Positions 47,783 through 59,200 of a DNA stretch of 64,000 nucleotides are shown piece by piece. Position 1 is the stretch's first letter, and every line of letters begins with the position of its first letter. The stretch covers positions 448,001 through 512,000 of the forward strand of contig CBDCVR010000014.1 of assembly GCA_965223155.1 (NCBI GenBank), written 5' to 3'. Both the position numbers and the translations under genes were made by a program. Below the pieces are notes generated by a model. The model had not been told where the DNA came from, searched no databases, and saw only the letters and a program-made list of their open reading frames with translations. Source of the stretch: Candidatus Multivoradales bacterium. Lineage in GTDB: Bacteria > Acidobacteriota > Thermoanaerobaculia > Multivoradales > JAHEKO01.

Positions 47783-50700
47783 ATGTCCCAGCGGGCCGGT
47801 GACGGGCGCACTTCGCGAGATTTCGGCTATAGCCTGGAGTGGCTCAAGACCTCCCCCGGCGCCCGCAAGGAACAGCTCAAGCAACGGCGGTTCCGGCCAC
47901 GCAGCGTTGCCGCGCGCGGCCCCCAGTACGTCGAGCTTCATACCGCGTCGGCGTTCTCGTTTCTCGAAGGCAGCTCCCTGCCCGAAGACCTGGTCGCCCG
48001 CGCCGCCGAGCTCGGCCTGGACGCGATGGCCCTGCTCGATCGCAACGGCCTCTACGGCGCTCCCCGCTTCTACCAGGCCGCCCGCAAGGCTGGCATCCGG
48101 GCCCTGGTCGGGGCCGAGGTCTCCTGCCGCATCGAAGGCACGGACCGGCTCGCTCCCGAGCACCTTCCGCGCCTGGCGCTCCTGGTCGCCAGTCGCGCCG
48201 GCTACCGCAACCTTTGCCGGCTCCTGACGGCAGCCGCGCGCGGCCGGCCCAAGGGCCAGTCCGCAGTTGATTGGAGCCTGCTCGAAGCGCACAGCGACGG
48301 GCTGCACTGCCTTGCCGGCGGCACCGGCTGCCTGCTGGCTCGGGCACTCGTAGCTTCCCCGGCATCGAGCGCCGACGCCGCCCCCCCGCAACTGGTCGAC
48401 CGGTTGGCGGGAATCTTCCCCGGCCGGCTTCACCTCGAGCTTCAGCGCCATGGGATCCGCCGCCAGGAAGCCAAGAACCACCTCCTGATCCAGCTCTCCG
48501 AGCGCTTCCGGCTGCCCCTGATCGCCACCAACGGCGTGCGCTATGCCGGCCGGCGCGACCGCGAGCTCTTCGATGTCCTGACCGCCTTGCGCCACCGCAC
48601 GACTCTCGACGAAGCCGGCCGCCTGCTGGCGGCCAACCGCGAGCGGCATCTCAAAGACGGCGCCTCGATGGCACGGCTCTTCGCCGACCAGCCGCGTGCC
48701 CTGCGGGCCACGACCCAGCTCGCCGAGCGCCTCGACTTCACCCTGCAAGACCTCGGATACCGCTTCCCCGACTACCCGCTGCCGCCCGGCGAGACTCCGA
48801 CATCGTATCTACGCCAGGTCACCTGGAACGAGGCTCGAAACCGCTTTCAACCGCTCACCGCGCGAGCGCGGGCCCAGATCGAGCACGAGCTGGCGATGAT
48901 CGAGCGGCTGGATCTGGCGGGCTACTTCCTGATCGTCTGGGACATCGTCCAATTTTGCAAGCACGAGCACATCCTGGTGCAGGGACGCGGCTCGGCCGCC
49001 AACAGCGCCGTTTGCTACGCGCTGTCGATCACGGCGGTCGATCCGGTCGGGATGGAGCTCCTCTTCGAGCGCTTCCTTTCCGAGGAGCGGGGGGAATGGC
49101 CGGACATCGATCTCGACCTGCCCTCGGGAGACCAGCGCGAGAAGGTCATCCAGTACGTCTACAACCGCTACGGGCCGCACGGCGCGGCGATGACCGCGAA
49201 CGTCATTACCTACCGCAACCGTTCGGCCGCCCGCGAGGTCGCCAAGGCGCTGGGGTTCTCTCTCGATCAGCAGAACCGGCTGTCCAAGCAGCTCGGTAGC
49301 TGGAGCTACGACCTCGTGCGGGGCGATCCCAAATCGATGGACGCTGAGCTCGGCGAGGCGGGCTTCGATCCGGACGCTCCACGGCTGCGCCACTTCGTCA
49401 GGATGTGGCAAAAGATCCACAACCTGCCCCGGCACCTGGGCCAGCATTCGGGCGGCATGGTCGTCGCGGCCGGACGGCTGGATGAGGTCGTCCCCCTGGA
49501 GCCGGCGGCGATGGAAGACCGCATCGTCGTCCAGTGGGACAAGGACGATTGCGCCGACCTGGGCATCATCAAGGTCGATCTGCTGGGACTGGGCATGCTC
49601 CAGGCCCTGGAAGAGGCCATCCCGATGATTCGCACCCATGAGCGCGTGGACGTCGATCTGGCCCACTTGCCTCCCGACGACCCCCAGACCTACGCCATGA
49701 TTCGCAAAGCCGACACCATCGGCGTCTTCCAGATCGAAAGCCGCGCGCAGATGGCCTCTCTGCCCAGAAACGCGCCCGAGCGCTTCTACGACCTCGTGAT
49801 CCAGGTCGCCATCATCCGCCCCGGCCCGATCGTGGGCGGCATGGTCCACCCGTACTTCGAGCGCCGGCTGAAACGCCAGCAAGTCAAGTATCTGCATCCT
49901 TGCCTCGAGCCGATCCTCAAGCGCACGCTAGGGGTGCCCATCTTCCAGGAGCAGATCCTGCGCATGGCCATGGACGCCGCCGGCTTTTCGGGAGGCGAAG
50001 CCGAAGAGCTGCGCCGAGCCATGGGATTCAAACGCTCCACCGAGCGCATGCACGCGATCGAAGAACGGCTCCGGCGGGGGATGAGCGAACGCGGCATCCT
50101 GGGTGATGCGCAGGATCAGATCACCCAATCCATCACCTCCTTTGCGCTCTACGGCTTCCCCGAGTCCCACGCCGCCAGCTTCGCCTTGTTGGCCTATGCC
50201 AGCGCCTACCTCAAATGCCATCACCCGGCCGCCTTCTACGCGTCCCTTCTGAACGCCTGGCCCATGGGCTTCTACCATCCCGCGACCCTGGTCAAGGACG
50301 CCCAGCGGCATGGCGTCTCCGTCTTTCCGGCCGACGTCAACCACTCGGGATGGCGTTGCCGCTGGGAGGCCGGCGGCATCCGGCTGGGGCTGCGCTTCCT
50401 TCGAGGTTTGCGTAAGAGCTCGGGGGCGGCCATCGAGACGGCCGCCGGAAGCTCCGCCTTCACCAGCGTTGCCGACCTGACGGGGCGGACATCGCTCCAG
50501 GAAGACGAGCTCGCCGTCCTGGCCGAAGGCGGCGCGCTCACCTCGCTCGGACTCAGCCGGCGCCAGGCGCTCTGGCAGGCCGCCTGGGACGCGAAACCTG
50601 GAACACCGCTCTTCGATTCCTTGCCGGGAGGCCCTACGGCAACGTCCCCGGCAGCGAGCCCACTACCCGAGATGTCGGCGATCGAAGAAACTCTCGCGGA

Positions 50701-51085
50701 CTACGAAGCCACCGGCATGACCACCGGCGCCCACCCGATGTCCTACTTGCGGGCCCGCTTGCGCCGAGACGGCGTCCTGCCCACGGGCACGATCCCTCGG
50801 GTTCCGGATGGCCGGCGGATTCGCACCGCCGGCACCGTCATCGTGCGCCAACGCCCCGGCACCGCCAAGGGCGTGCTCTTCATCACCCTCGAAGACGAGA
50901 CCGGCATGGTCCAGGCCATCGTCCGGCCCGAGCTCTTGCGCAAGTACCGCAAGACCCTGGTCGGCCATCCCGGCCTGATCGTGGAAGGCCGGGTCCAGCA
51001 CCGGGACGGCTCGCTCTCGATCCAGGGTGAGCGCTTCTGGCCCATTACGCACCTGGCCGAGACCCCGAGCCACGATTTCCGCTGA
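47783..51085 (+). CDS. dnaE2: Error-prone DNA polymerase DnaE2 (ImuC)
   Basis: PHP YVELHTASAFSFLEG, GRGSAANS, FERFLS, PDIDLD, HLGQHSGG, KVDLLGLGML, YGFPESHA, OB fold RQRPGTAKG, C-terminal SHDFR (DnaE2 S[RH]DF motif). Confidence 0.96.
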   Translation: MSQRAGDGRTSRDFGYSLEWLKTSPGARKEQLKQRRFRPRSVAARGPQYVELHTASAFSFLEGSSLPEDLVARAAELGLDAMALLDRNGLYGAPRFYQAARKAGIRALVGAEVSCRIEGTDRLAPEHLPRLALLVASRAGYRNLCRLLTAAARGRPKGQSAVDWSLLEAHSDGLHCLAGGTGCLLARALVASPASSADAAPPQLVDRLAGIFPGRLHLELQRHGIRRQEAKNHLLIQLSERFRLPLIATNGVRYAGRRDRELFDVLTALRHRTTLDEAGRLLAANRERHLKDGASMARLFADQPRALRATTQLAERLDFTLQDLGYRFPDYPLPPGETPTSYLRQVTWNEARNRFQPLTARARAQIEHELAMIERLDLAGYFLIVWDIVQFCKHEHILVQGRGSAANSAVCYALSITAVDPVGMELLFERFLSEERGEWPDIDLDLPSGDQREKVIQYVYNRYGPHGAAMTANVITYRNRSAAREVAKALGFSLDQQNRLSKQLGSWSYDLVRGDPKSMDAELGEAGFDPDAPRLRHFVRMWQKIHNLPRHLGQHSGGMVVAAGRLDEVVPLEPAAMEDRIVVQWDKDDCADLGIIKVDLLGLGMLQALEEAIPMIRTHERVDVDLAHLPPDDPQTYAMIRKADTIGVFQIESRAQMASLPRNAPERFYDLVIQVAIIRPGPIVGGMVHPYFERRLKRQQVKYLHPCLEPILKRTLGVPIFQEQILRMAMDAAGFSGGEAEELRRAMGFKRSTERMHAIEERLRRGMSERGILGDAQDQITQSITSFALYGFPESHAASFALLAYASAYLKCHHPAAFYASLLNAWPMGFYHPATLVKDAQRHGVSVFPADVNHSGWRCRWEAGGIRLGLRFLRGLRKSSGAAIETAAGSSAFTSVADLTGRTSLQEDELAVLAEGGALTSLGLSRRQALWQAAWDAKPGTPLFDSLPGGPTATSPAASPLPEMSAIEETLADYEATGMTTGAHPMSYLRARLRRDGVLPTGTIPRVPDGRRIRTAGTVIVRQRPGTAKGVLFITLEDETGMVQAIVRPELLRKYRKTLVGHPGLIVEGRVQHRDGSLSIQGERFWPITHLAETPSHDFR

Positions 51086-51117
51086 CTGGAAGTCTACGCT
51101 GGTTGTCGAGACAGGCT

Positions 51118-52335
51118 CTAGACCCCGACCGCTTCGCCCACCAGTACTCGCTCGACCCGCTCCAGCGCCCAGTCCAGCTCGTCCCGGGTGATGACTAGCG
51201 GTGGCGCCAGCCGGATCACGTTCTCGTGCGTCTCCTTGCACAAGAGCCCGTCGCGCATGAGCTGCTCGCAGAAAGGTCGGGCGCCGCCGGCTGAGTCCTC
51301 GAGCTCGATCCCGATCCACAATCCTCGCCCTCGGATCTCCCGCACGTGAGGCGAATCCATCTGCCGGAGCCTCTCCATCAAGTACCCGCCCAGTTCGGCT
51401 GAGTTCTGGATCATGCCCTCATCGACCAGGACCCGGAGCGCCGTTCGCGCCACCGCGGCGGCCACAGGATTGCCGCCATAGGTCGAACCGTGATCGCCAG
51501 GATGGAAGACCTGCATCACCTCGTCGTTGGCCAGCAGCGCCGACACCGGATACAAGCCACCGGACAGCGCCTTGCCGATAGTCACCATGTCCGGCCGGAT
51601 GCCGTCGTGCTCGAAGGCGAACATCTTGCCGGTCCGGCCCAGTCCCGACTGAATCTCATCAGCGATCAACAGTGTCCGGTGCTCATCGCACAGGGCGCGC
51701 AGCTCCGCCAGGTGTCCGTCCGGCGGCACGATGATGCCGCCCTCGCCCTGGATCGGCTCGATCAGGACCGCCACGACATCCTCGTGCATCGCGCCTCGGA
51801 CCGCCTCGATGTCACCGTAGGGCAGCAAGGTAAAGCCAGGCGTAAAGGGACCGAAACCGTCGCGGTACTGGGCTTCGGAAGAAAACCCGACGATGGTCGT
51901 GGTGCGGCCATGGAAGTTGTTGTCGAACACCAGGATCTCGGCCCGATCCTCGGCCACGCCCTTGACCTTGTACCCCCACTTCCGAGCCGCCTTGATCGCG
52001 GTCTCGACCGCTTCGGCCCCGGTGTTCATCGGCAAGACCTTGTCGAAGGCCGAGAGCTTGACCAGTTCCTCGTAGAACAGGCCAAGCTGATCGTTCCGAA
52101 ACGCCCGGGAAGTCAAGGCCAGCTTGCGACTCTGCTCGACCAAGGCCGCCACGATCTGGGGATGGCAGTGTCCCTGGTTGACCGCCGAGTAGGAGGCCAA
52201 GAAGTCCATGTACTTCGTCCCTTCGACGTCCCAGACCCAGACGCCCTCGCCACGCGCGAGCACGACGTCGAGCGGGTGGTAGTTGTGGGCTCCGTACCGG
52301 TCTTCGAGTTCGATCAGCTGGCGCGAGTCGGTCAT
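51118..52335 (-). CDS. rocD: Ornithine--oxo-acid aminotransferase
   Basis: YGAHNYHPL, YSAVNQGHCHP, LTSRAF, MNTGAEAVETA, NNFHGRT, EPIQGEGG, DEIQSGLGRTG, GKALSGG, HGSTYGGNP. Confidence 0.95.
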   Translation of the reverse strand: MTDSRQLIELEDRYGAHNYHPLDVVLARGEGVWVWDVEGTKYMDFLASYSAVNQGHCHPQIVAALVEQSRKLALTSRAFRNDQLGLFYEELVKLSAFDKVLPMNTGAEAVETAIKAARKWGYKVKGVAEDRAEILVFDNNFHGRTTTIVGFSSEAQYRDGFGPFTPGFTLLPYGDIEAVRGAMHEDVVAVLIEPIQGEGGIIVPPDGHLAELRALCDEHRTLLIADEIQSGLGRTGKMFAFEHDGIRPDMVTIGKALSGGLYPVSALLANDEVMQVFHPGDHGSTYGGNPVAAAVARTALRVLVDEGMIQNSAELGGYLMERLRQMDSPHVREIRGRGLWIGIELEDSAGGARPFCEQLMRDGLLCKETHENVIRLAPPLVITRDELDWALERVERVLVGEAVGV

Positions 52336-52511
52336 GGGAATGCTCCTGTCTGGCTGGTTCGGGTTGCGCGATGCCCGGCGGCCTGCCGGCCGGAAGGCGT
52401 CGGTCGATTCTTCCGGGTTTCGCCAGGCTCGGCAAGCCCCGGATCCGGTCGAGCGGGCCTTCGCAGAAGCGCCACCTGTGGTACACACTTGGGCCTTCCC
52501 GAGGATCCCGT

Positions 52512-53378
52512 ATGCAAACCGACTCTTCCCGCAAGACCAGCTCTCCGGAGCGCGACTCCCCGGCCGCGGCCACCGACGACTGGGGCAAGATCCCAGCCCG
52601 GCCCGACGAGGGCCGCTTCCTGGGTGGTCCCGGCCGGCGCAGCTCGGAGCTCGCCCGCGCCGTCCGGATCTTCCTCGAGTGCATCAAGGGATTCCGCGCG
52701 CTTCATTTCGTGGGGCCCTGCGTCACGGTCTTCGGCTCGGCCAGGTTCCAGGAGGACAATCCCTACTACGAGATGGCCCGGGAGACCGGGCGACTCCTGG
52801 CGCGGCGGGGATTCACCGTCATGACCGGCGGCGGTCCCGGCATCATGGAGGCCGCCAACCGCGGTGCCAAGGACGCGGGCGGCTACTCGGTGGGCTGCAA
52901 CATCGAGCTGCCCCACGAACAGGGCTGCAATCCGTATCTCGACACCTGGGTCGACTTTCGCTACTTCTTCGTGCGCAAGGTGATGCTGGTCAAGTACTCG
53001 TACGCGTTCGTACTCATGCCCGGAGGCTTCGGGACCCTGGACGAGGTCTTCGAAACCGCGACTCTGATTCAGACCGGAAAAATCGCCAGGTTCCCGCTGG
53101 TCCTGATGGGATCCGAGTACTGGGGTGATCTGCTGGACTTCATGCGCGAACGCATGGTCGGCGCGGGCACGATCTCGAGTCACGACGTGGACCGGTTCCT
53201 GGTAACGGACTCGCCCGAGGAGGCAGTCGACCGCATCCACCAGGTGGCGCTACGCCGTTTCGGCCTGACCTGGCGCGGTCTGCCCAAGCCACGCTGGGTC
53301 TTCGGCGAGAGCGGCAGCAACAGCCACGACGCCTGGCGCCAATGGCGGCAGGCGATGAGCGCTCACTCCCGGGACTAG
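52512..53378 (+). CDS. LOG family / TIGR00730 Rossmann-fold protein
   Basis: VTVFGSARF, TGGGPGIMEAANRGA, FRYFFVRK, PGGFGTLDE. Confidence 0.9.
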   Translation: MQTDSSRKTSSPERDSPAAATDDWGKIPARPDEGRFLGGPGRRSSELARAVRIFLECIKGFRALHFVGPCVTVFGSARFQEDNPYYEMARETGRLLARRGFTVMTGGGPGIMEAANRGAKDAGGYSVGCNIELPHEQGCNPYLDTWVDFRYFFVRKVMLVKYSYAFVLMPGGFGTLDEVFETATLIQTGKIARFPLVLMGSEYWGDLLDFMRERMVGAGTISSHDVDRFLVTDSPEEAVDRIHQVALRRFGLTWRGLPKPRWVFGESGSNSHDAWRQWRQAMSAHSRD

Positions 53379-53539
53379 GGTTTTGCTGAAGAAGTCTCAT
53401 CAGTTGCGTTGCGAGCGCCGTGACAGTCGCAGGCAGGCGGCGCGACGCAGGCGACGCCCCAGCATCGTTGAGAAGCGCCAACGCCCCCGCGGCGGCCATG
53501 CCGCCACTAATGAGAGTTTTTCGGCAATCCCCTAGAGCA

Positions 53540-54442
53540 GTGCCCGCCAGGCTCCAGATCGCGCTGGCCGCCGTGCTGTTCTCGACCGGCGGCACCGCGG
53601 TCAAAGCGGCAAGCCTGGGCGGCTGGCAGATCGCGGGGCTGCGCTCGGCGATCGCCGCGGTCTTCCTGTTCTTGGCATTGCCTGCCGCGCGCAGGCTCCG
53701 CTCCTGGCGGAGCCTGCTGATCGGAACCACCTTCGTTTCCTCTCTCCTCCTCTACGTACTCGCCAACAAGCTAACCACCGCCGCCAGCGTCATTTTCTTG
53801 GTCTCGGCGGCTCCGGGCTACGTCCTGCTACTCGCCCCCTGGCTGCTCAAGGAGGCCTTCCGGCGCCGGGACGCGTTCACGATTGGCGTTATCGCCATCG
53901 GACTCTCCTGCCTGCTGCTGGGCCCCCAGGCGGCCCAGGGGACAGCCCCGCACCCAGCCGCCGGCAACCTCCTGGCGGCGGCCGCGGGCCTGTCCTGGGC
54001 CCTCACCGTCCTGGGCCTGCGCTGGTTGGGCCGTAGACATGAGGGCGCGGCGCCGGCCGTGGTTCTCGGCAATGTCTTGGTCCTGCTGGTGTGCTTGCCC
54101 AAGGTTCTGGAAGGAGGTCTGGATGCGGCTCCGGGCCGGCTGCCCGCGGATCTCGCCATCGTCGCCTACCTGGGCATCGTCCAGATCGGACTCGCCTACA
54201 TGCTACTGACCACCGCGATTCGCCGGGTACCGGCCTTCGAGGCATCGATCCTGCTCCTGCTCGATCCGATCCTGTCGCCGCTTTGGGCCTACTGGGTTCA
54301 CGGCGAGACCGTCGGCGCCCCCACTGTACTGGGAGGATTCTTGATTCTGGCAGCGATCGCCGCCGCCGCCGGCTACGACGCGATGCGCTCCACTGGCTCG
54401 GACTCGGACGCCACCCCCGACACTCCGGACGCCTCCGGATAA
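53540..54442 (+). CDS. EamA/DMT family transporter
   Basis: Ten hydrophobic segments in two EamA repeats (LAPWLLKE; GIVQIGLAY..EASILLLLDPIL). Start uncertain (53498-53540). Confidence 0.88.
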   Translation: MPARLQIALAAVLFSTGGTAVKAASLGGWQIAGLRSAIAAVFLFLALPAARRLRSWRSLLIGTTFVSSLLLYVLANKLTTAASVIFLVSAAPGYVLLLAPWLLKEAFRRRDAFTIGVIAIGLSCLLLGPQAAQGTAPHPAAGNLLAAAAGLSWALTVLGLRWLGRRHEGAAPAVVLGNVLVLLVCLPKVLEGGLDAAPGRLPADLAIVAYLGIVQIGLAYMLLTTAIRRVPAFEASILLLLDPILSPLWAYWVHGETVGAPTVLGGFLILAAIAAAAGYDAMRSTGSDSDATPDTPDASG

Positions 54443-55149
54443 ACGATTCCGTTCAGGGCCTCGAGCCGCCCGCAGTGCTCAGCCCGCCGCTCTTCCAGAT
54501 CCGCCTTGACCGCGGCTTTGAAGCCCGTGCCCGCGTGCTCGGCCCGGCGGGCCTCCCGGTACTCCTCGATGTCCACGAACTCGAGGGCCACGCGGATGGT
54601 CCTGAAGAGCTTGGGAAACGTTTGTCCCGGCACTTGGATGTGGTGCAGACCGCCCGAGTACACGATCACCATCTTGCCTTCGGGCACGGCTTCGAGGAGG
54701 TCGGCAATGCCGCCGCGAACCGTCATCGGGCGTCCGTACTTGTCGAGGCCGTTGGCCCTCTTCATCCTTCCTTCCGGGAAGATGATGACGAGTGACTCCG
54801 GCTCGATCGAGTCGATCACGGCCCGCCAGGTGTGGTCGGGCTCGCGCGTGATCGAGAGAAACTTGGGAGCCAGGATGCGCAGGAAGCGGCCGAAGAACGG
54901 CCGCGAGATGGTGACGTCGGCGACCGGAACGTATCCCCACTGGGCGATCTTGCGCAGAAACGGGTTGGGGACCGCGCCGGCCAGCAGCCACTCGTAGAGG
55001 CTCGTATGGTTGAGCACCGTTGCGATGCGCAGATCCCGCCACGGCTCCGGAGGGATGCCTCCCATCCACTCGACCTCGAACCGGTAGAACGTCCGGCTCA
55101 CGGTCTTCAAGCCGTACAGAACCAGAGTACGAAAAAGATCGAGGATCAC
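54373..55149 (-). CDS. PlsC-like lysophospholipid acyltransferase
   Basis: LNHTSLYE (HX4E variant of HX4D) and IFPEGR. The 3' end overlaps the convergent EamA gene. Confidence 0.8.
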   Translation of the reverse strand: MILDLFRTLVLYGLKTVSRTFYRFEVEWMGGIPPEPWRDLRIATVLNHTSLYEWLLAGAVPNPFLRKIAQWGYVPVADVTISRPFFGRFLRILAPKFLSITREPDHTWRAVIDSIEPESLVIIFPEGRMKRANGLDKYGRPMTVRGGIADLLEAVPEGKMVIVYSGGLHHIQVPGQTFPKLFRTIRVALEFVDIEEYREARRAEHAGTGFKAAVKADLEERRAEHCGRLEALNGIVYPEASGVSGVASESEPVERIAS

Positions 55150-55403
55150 GACAGGCGAACCAGTGGGTGGCGAGCGCCTCGATTGTCTCACACAGACACG
55201 CGAACCCGGCCCGTCGAGAGCCCGCTCCAGCCGCGCGGAGAGCCATGCTCGTCGCCGCTAGGCCCGGCATCTACAGGCCTGCCCAGAGTCGGGCTCGCGT
55301 CCGGAAACACCGCCGCCCGGCCGAGCACCGCGAATCGCTCCGGAGGCCGCGAGCACGCCGTCCACCACCGGAATGCCCCAGGTGCTGGGATAGGATGTCC
55401 ACC

Positions 55404-56192
55404 ATGCCAACGACCCTCGATCTGACCGGTACGAACGCCCTGGTCATGGGTGTGACCAACAAACGCAGCCTGGGCTGGGCGATCGCCAGCCAGCTCCAAG
55501 AGGCCGGGGCCAACCTGGCCTTCAGCTACCAGGGCGAGCGCCTCCGCGGCGAGATGGAAAAGCTCACCGCGGAGCACCCGGAGACGCCGCTCTTCGAATG
55601 CGACGTCACCCACGAGGACCAGCTCGCCGCTCTCTTCTCCGGCTTGGCCGAGCGTTGGGACGGCATCGACGCGATCGTCCACTCCATCGCCTTTGCGCCC
55701 CGGGCGGCCATGGACGGCCGCTACCTGGACACGACCCGTGAAGATTGGCTGACGGCGCTCGAGATCTCGGCCTACTCGCTGGTGGCCATCGCCCGGCACG
55801 CCGAGCCGCTCCTGCGGGAAGGAGCCTCGATCGCGACGCTCACCTACCACGCCGCCGAGCGGGTGGTCCCCAAGTACAACGTCATGGCCGTCGCCAAGAG
55901 CGCCCTCGAAGCCAGCGTTCGCTACCTGGCCTACGAGCTTGGCGAGAAGGGTGTCCGGGTCAACGGCATCTCGGCGGGACCGGTCAAGACGGTCGCTGCC
56001 CGCAGCATCCCCGGCTTCATGTCCATGTTCAAGCAGTTCGAGAAGGTCGCCCCGCTCAAGCGCAACATCACCCACGAAGAAGTCGGCAAGCTGGGTCTCT
56101 TCTTGCTCTCGCCGATGGCCTCGGGGATTACCGGCGAGGTGGTCTACGTGGACGCCGGGTACCACATCATGGGGATGGAGCTTCCCGGCTAG
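55404..56192 (+). CDS. fabI: Enoyl-ACP reductase FabI
   Basis: GVTNKRSLGWAIA, CDV, HSIAFA, ISAYSL, YNVMAVAKSALE, ISAGPVKT, ITGEVVYVDAG. Confidence 0.95.
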   Translation: MPTTLDLTGTNALVMGVTNKRSLGWAIASQLQEAGANLAFSYQGERLRGEMEKLTAEHPETPLFECDVTHEDQLAALFSGLAERWDGIDAIVHSIAFAPRAAMDGRYLDTTREDWLTALEISAYSLVAIARHAEPLLREGASIATLTYHAAERVVPKYNVMAVAKSALEASVRYLAYELGEKGVRVNGISAGPVKTVAARSIPGFMSMFKQFEKVAPLKRNITHEEVGKLGLFLLSPMASGITGEVVYVDAGYHIMGMELPG

Positions 56193-56222
56193 CCGGCGGC
56201 GTTCCCCGCCCCGGTCCGCCCG

Positions 56223-59200
56223 CTACCAGTCAACCGAGAGACGCTCCTCGCCGTCTTCGCCGTCGGCGAGCACGTAGCCCATCCGCCGGCCGAACAGATA
56301 GAGATCGCGGGTGATCTCGACGTCCCGGCGGCAGTACTCCTGGACCCGATCCAGGCGGCCTTCCCGCGCCCACTCGAGCGAGCGCAGGCCGTCGCCCTTC
56401 TTGGCGACGCCCAGAGTCGCCCGGGCCAACCGGTCCAGCCCGGGCGCGGCGCGATGCCGCGCGCGCAGGCTGGCCAGAAGGTCCAGCGTCGGCCACTTGC
56501 GCGCGTACTCGACCCCCGTGTAGCCGGCAAGGACCGCATAGTCGAAGCGCAGGATGTTGAAGCCGACTACGGCGTCGGCGGTATCGAGCAGGGTGACGAG
56601 CTGCTCGACTTCGTCCTCTCCGAAAATCTCGATCCGGCCTTCCTGGAGGTGGCAAACGGCCCCGACGGCGAGGCGCATCTTATGGGCGTTGGCCCAGCCG
56701 CCGACCTCGCGGGCCGACCGGTAGGTCTCGAGATCGAAGATCATGGTACGGGCCGGATGCCTGGGCGGGGCCAGAGGAGCCGGTGCGGCTGGCGGCGCTG
56801 GCTCCGCAGGCCGCCTGGGCCGCTCGCGCCCGGTCGGCTCCTTCCGATAGCCCGTGCTCGACACAGCCTCAGCTGCCGCCCCCGCGGCCACGGGCTCGCT
56901 GGGTACCGCTTCGGCCGGGCCGTCCTGGAGCTGGCGCCGGTTGCGCTCCGCCCGCTGGCGGCTCTTCTCGGTTTCGGTTCGAGCCTCGCCGCCTTCGAGC
57001 TGCGAGGCCGGAACCACCGTCACTCGAGAGACCCCGGCCACCTCCACCCGGCCCAGCAGCATCTCCAGGAAGCGGGCCGCGCCGGCCTTGTCCAGGGGCC
57101 GGTTGCCATTGCCGCACTTGGGGGACTGGATGCAGCGAGGGCAACCGCTCTCGCAGTCGCAGCTCGCCAGGAGATCGACAACCCGAGCCAGAAGCTCCGG
57201 CAGCTCGTCGAAGGCCCGGCGCGCGATGCCCACACCCCCGGGGTGCCCGTCGTAGACAAAGACCCCGCCGGCACGAAGCTGAGGGTGCCAGGGGATCGAG
57301 ATGCCGCCGATGTCGTTGCGATCGCACAGCGCCAGAAGCGGCATCAACGAGATCGTCGCGTGCTCGGCGGCATGGAGCGCACCCATGAAGTGAAACTCCT
57401 CCGCGCGCAGCCGGTCCTCGATCTCGGCCGGCGCGACCCAGACCAGGCCGGCGGTCTGGTAGCTCGAAGGCGGCAACTCCAGCTCCTGCTGGTCCAGGAG
57501 GTCCTGACCGAAGATGCGCCGCCTCTCGAAACCGACCACCCGCTCGGTAACCTGGACGCGGGCCATGAAGGCCTGGAGAGGGCCGGCCTCCGGCCCGTCC
57601 CGCTCGTCCGTCACCTCCAGAATCGTGGTGTCCTTCTCGGTCAGCGGAACCGTGTAGTAGTCGACCGAGACCGCCTCGGCGTGGACCTTGGACGCGTCGA
57701 GATCCAGCTCACGCACCAGGTACTGACTGCCCCGATGGAGGTAGATCGCCCCCGGATGGCATTCGCGAAAGACGCGGACGCCGTCGACGGTACCTAAGAC
57801 CCTCCCGCTACCGGCCTCCAGAATCGCGCTCGTCGCTCCGCCGCCGCGCAGGCTCACCTGCCCATGGGGCCGTCCCACCCCGGAGGCCAGCTCGGCGCCC
57901 CGGCGCTCCTCGACCAGTCGTCCCTCGCGCAGCAGGTCGCCGACCGTAGGGGAGTGGCGCTCCAGGTAGGCCCGGTCGGCGGCCTTGGACAGCGGCCGCT
58001 CGGCGGCGGCGCAGACCAGGTGGGCGCGGCTGACCGGCTCGTTGGCGCCGTCCACGATGAGCCGTTCGCACGGCTGCTCGAGGAACTCCCGGGGGTGGTC
58101 GAGAAAGTAGTGGTCGAGCGCATCCGGCAGAGCCACCATCGCGGTCAGAGATTCCCGGCCGCCCCGGCCGACCCGGCCCGAGCGCTGCCAGGTCGCCATC
58201 ATGCTGCCCGGGTAGCCGACCAGGACACACGCGTCGAGGCCGCCTATGTCGATGCCCATTTCGAGAGCCGAGGTCGAGATGACGCCGTCCAGCTTCCCCG
58301 CCGCCAGATCTCGTTCGATGAGCCGCCGTTCCTCGGGCAGGAAGCCCGAACGGTAGCTGGCGACCCGCCGGGCGCGCTCGGGATCCTGCTGGCGCAGCCA
58401 GGCGTAGAGCAGCTCGGTGATGCGCCGGGCCTTGGTAAAGACGATGGTCTTGAGATCGCGCTCCAGAAGCTCACGCAGAAGCTGCAAGCTCAAGGTGTAG
58501 GGGCTGGCCGCCGGGCGGAACAGGAGAAAGTGCCGGCCCTGGCGGGGCGCGCCCGACTCCCGTACCCAGACGAAGTCCCGGCCGGTCAGCCGGCGCGCGA
58601 ACTCGCCCGCGTTCCCGGCGGTGGCCGACGAGGCCACCAGGGTCGGGTGGGCGCCGTGAGCCCGGCACAGCCGCAGCAAGCGCTCCAGGACGTGATGGAA
58701 ATGGCTGCCGAAAATCCCCCGGTAGGTATGGAGCTCATCCAGGACGATCCACTTGAGGCGTTTCAGGAACGGCTCCCAGCTGGAATGGCCGCCCAGGATC
58801 CCCAGGTGCAGCATGTCCGGGTTCGAGATGACGACCCGCGGGAACTTCCTCTTGATGCGGGCGCGCTCGCGTTCCGGCGTGTCGCCGTCGTAGATGGCGC
58901 AAAACGGCGGTTCCTCGTCCCCGGCCAGGCCGGCGGCCCGGGCCAGAGCCTCGAGCTTGACTCGCTGGTCCTGCCCCAGAGCCTTGAGTGGATAGAGGAA
59001 GAGGCCGCGGCCGTCGCCGCCGGCCAGGGCTTCCTCCAGGACCGGCAGATGAAAGACGAGCGACTTGCCGCTGGCCGTGGGCGTGGTGATCAGGACGTCC
59101 CGGCCCGACCGCGCCGCCACGAGTCCGGCAACCTGGTGACTCCAGAGCCGGGTGACGCCCGCATCGGCCAGGGCCCGGCTCAGAGCCTCGGGCAGCTCCG

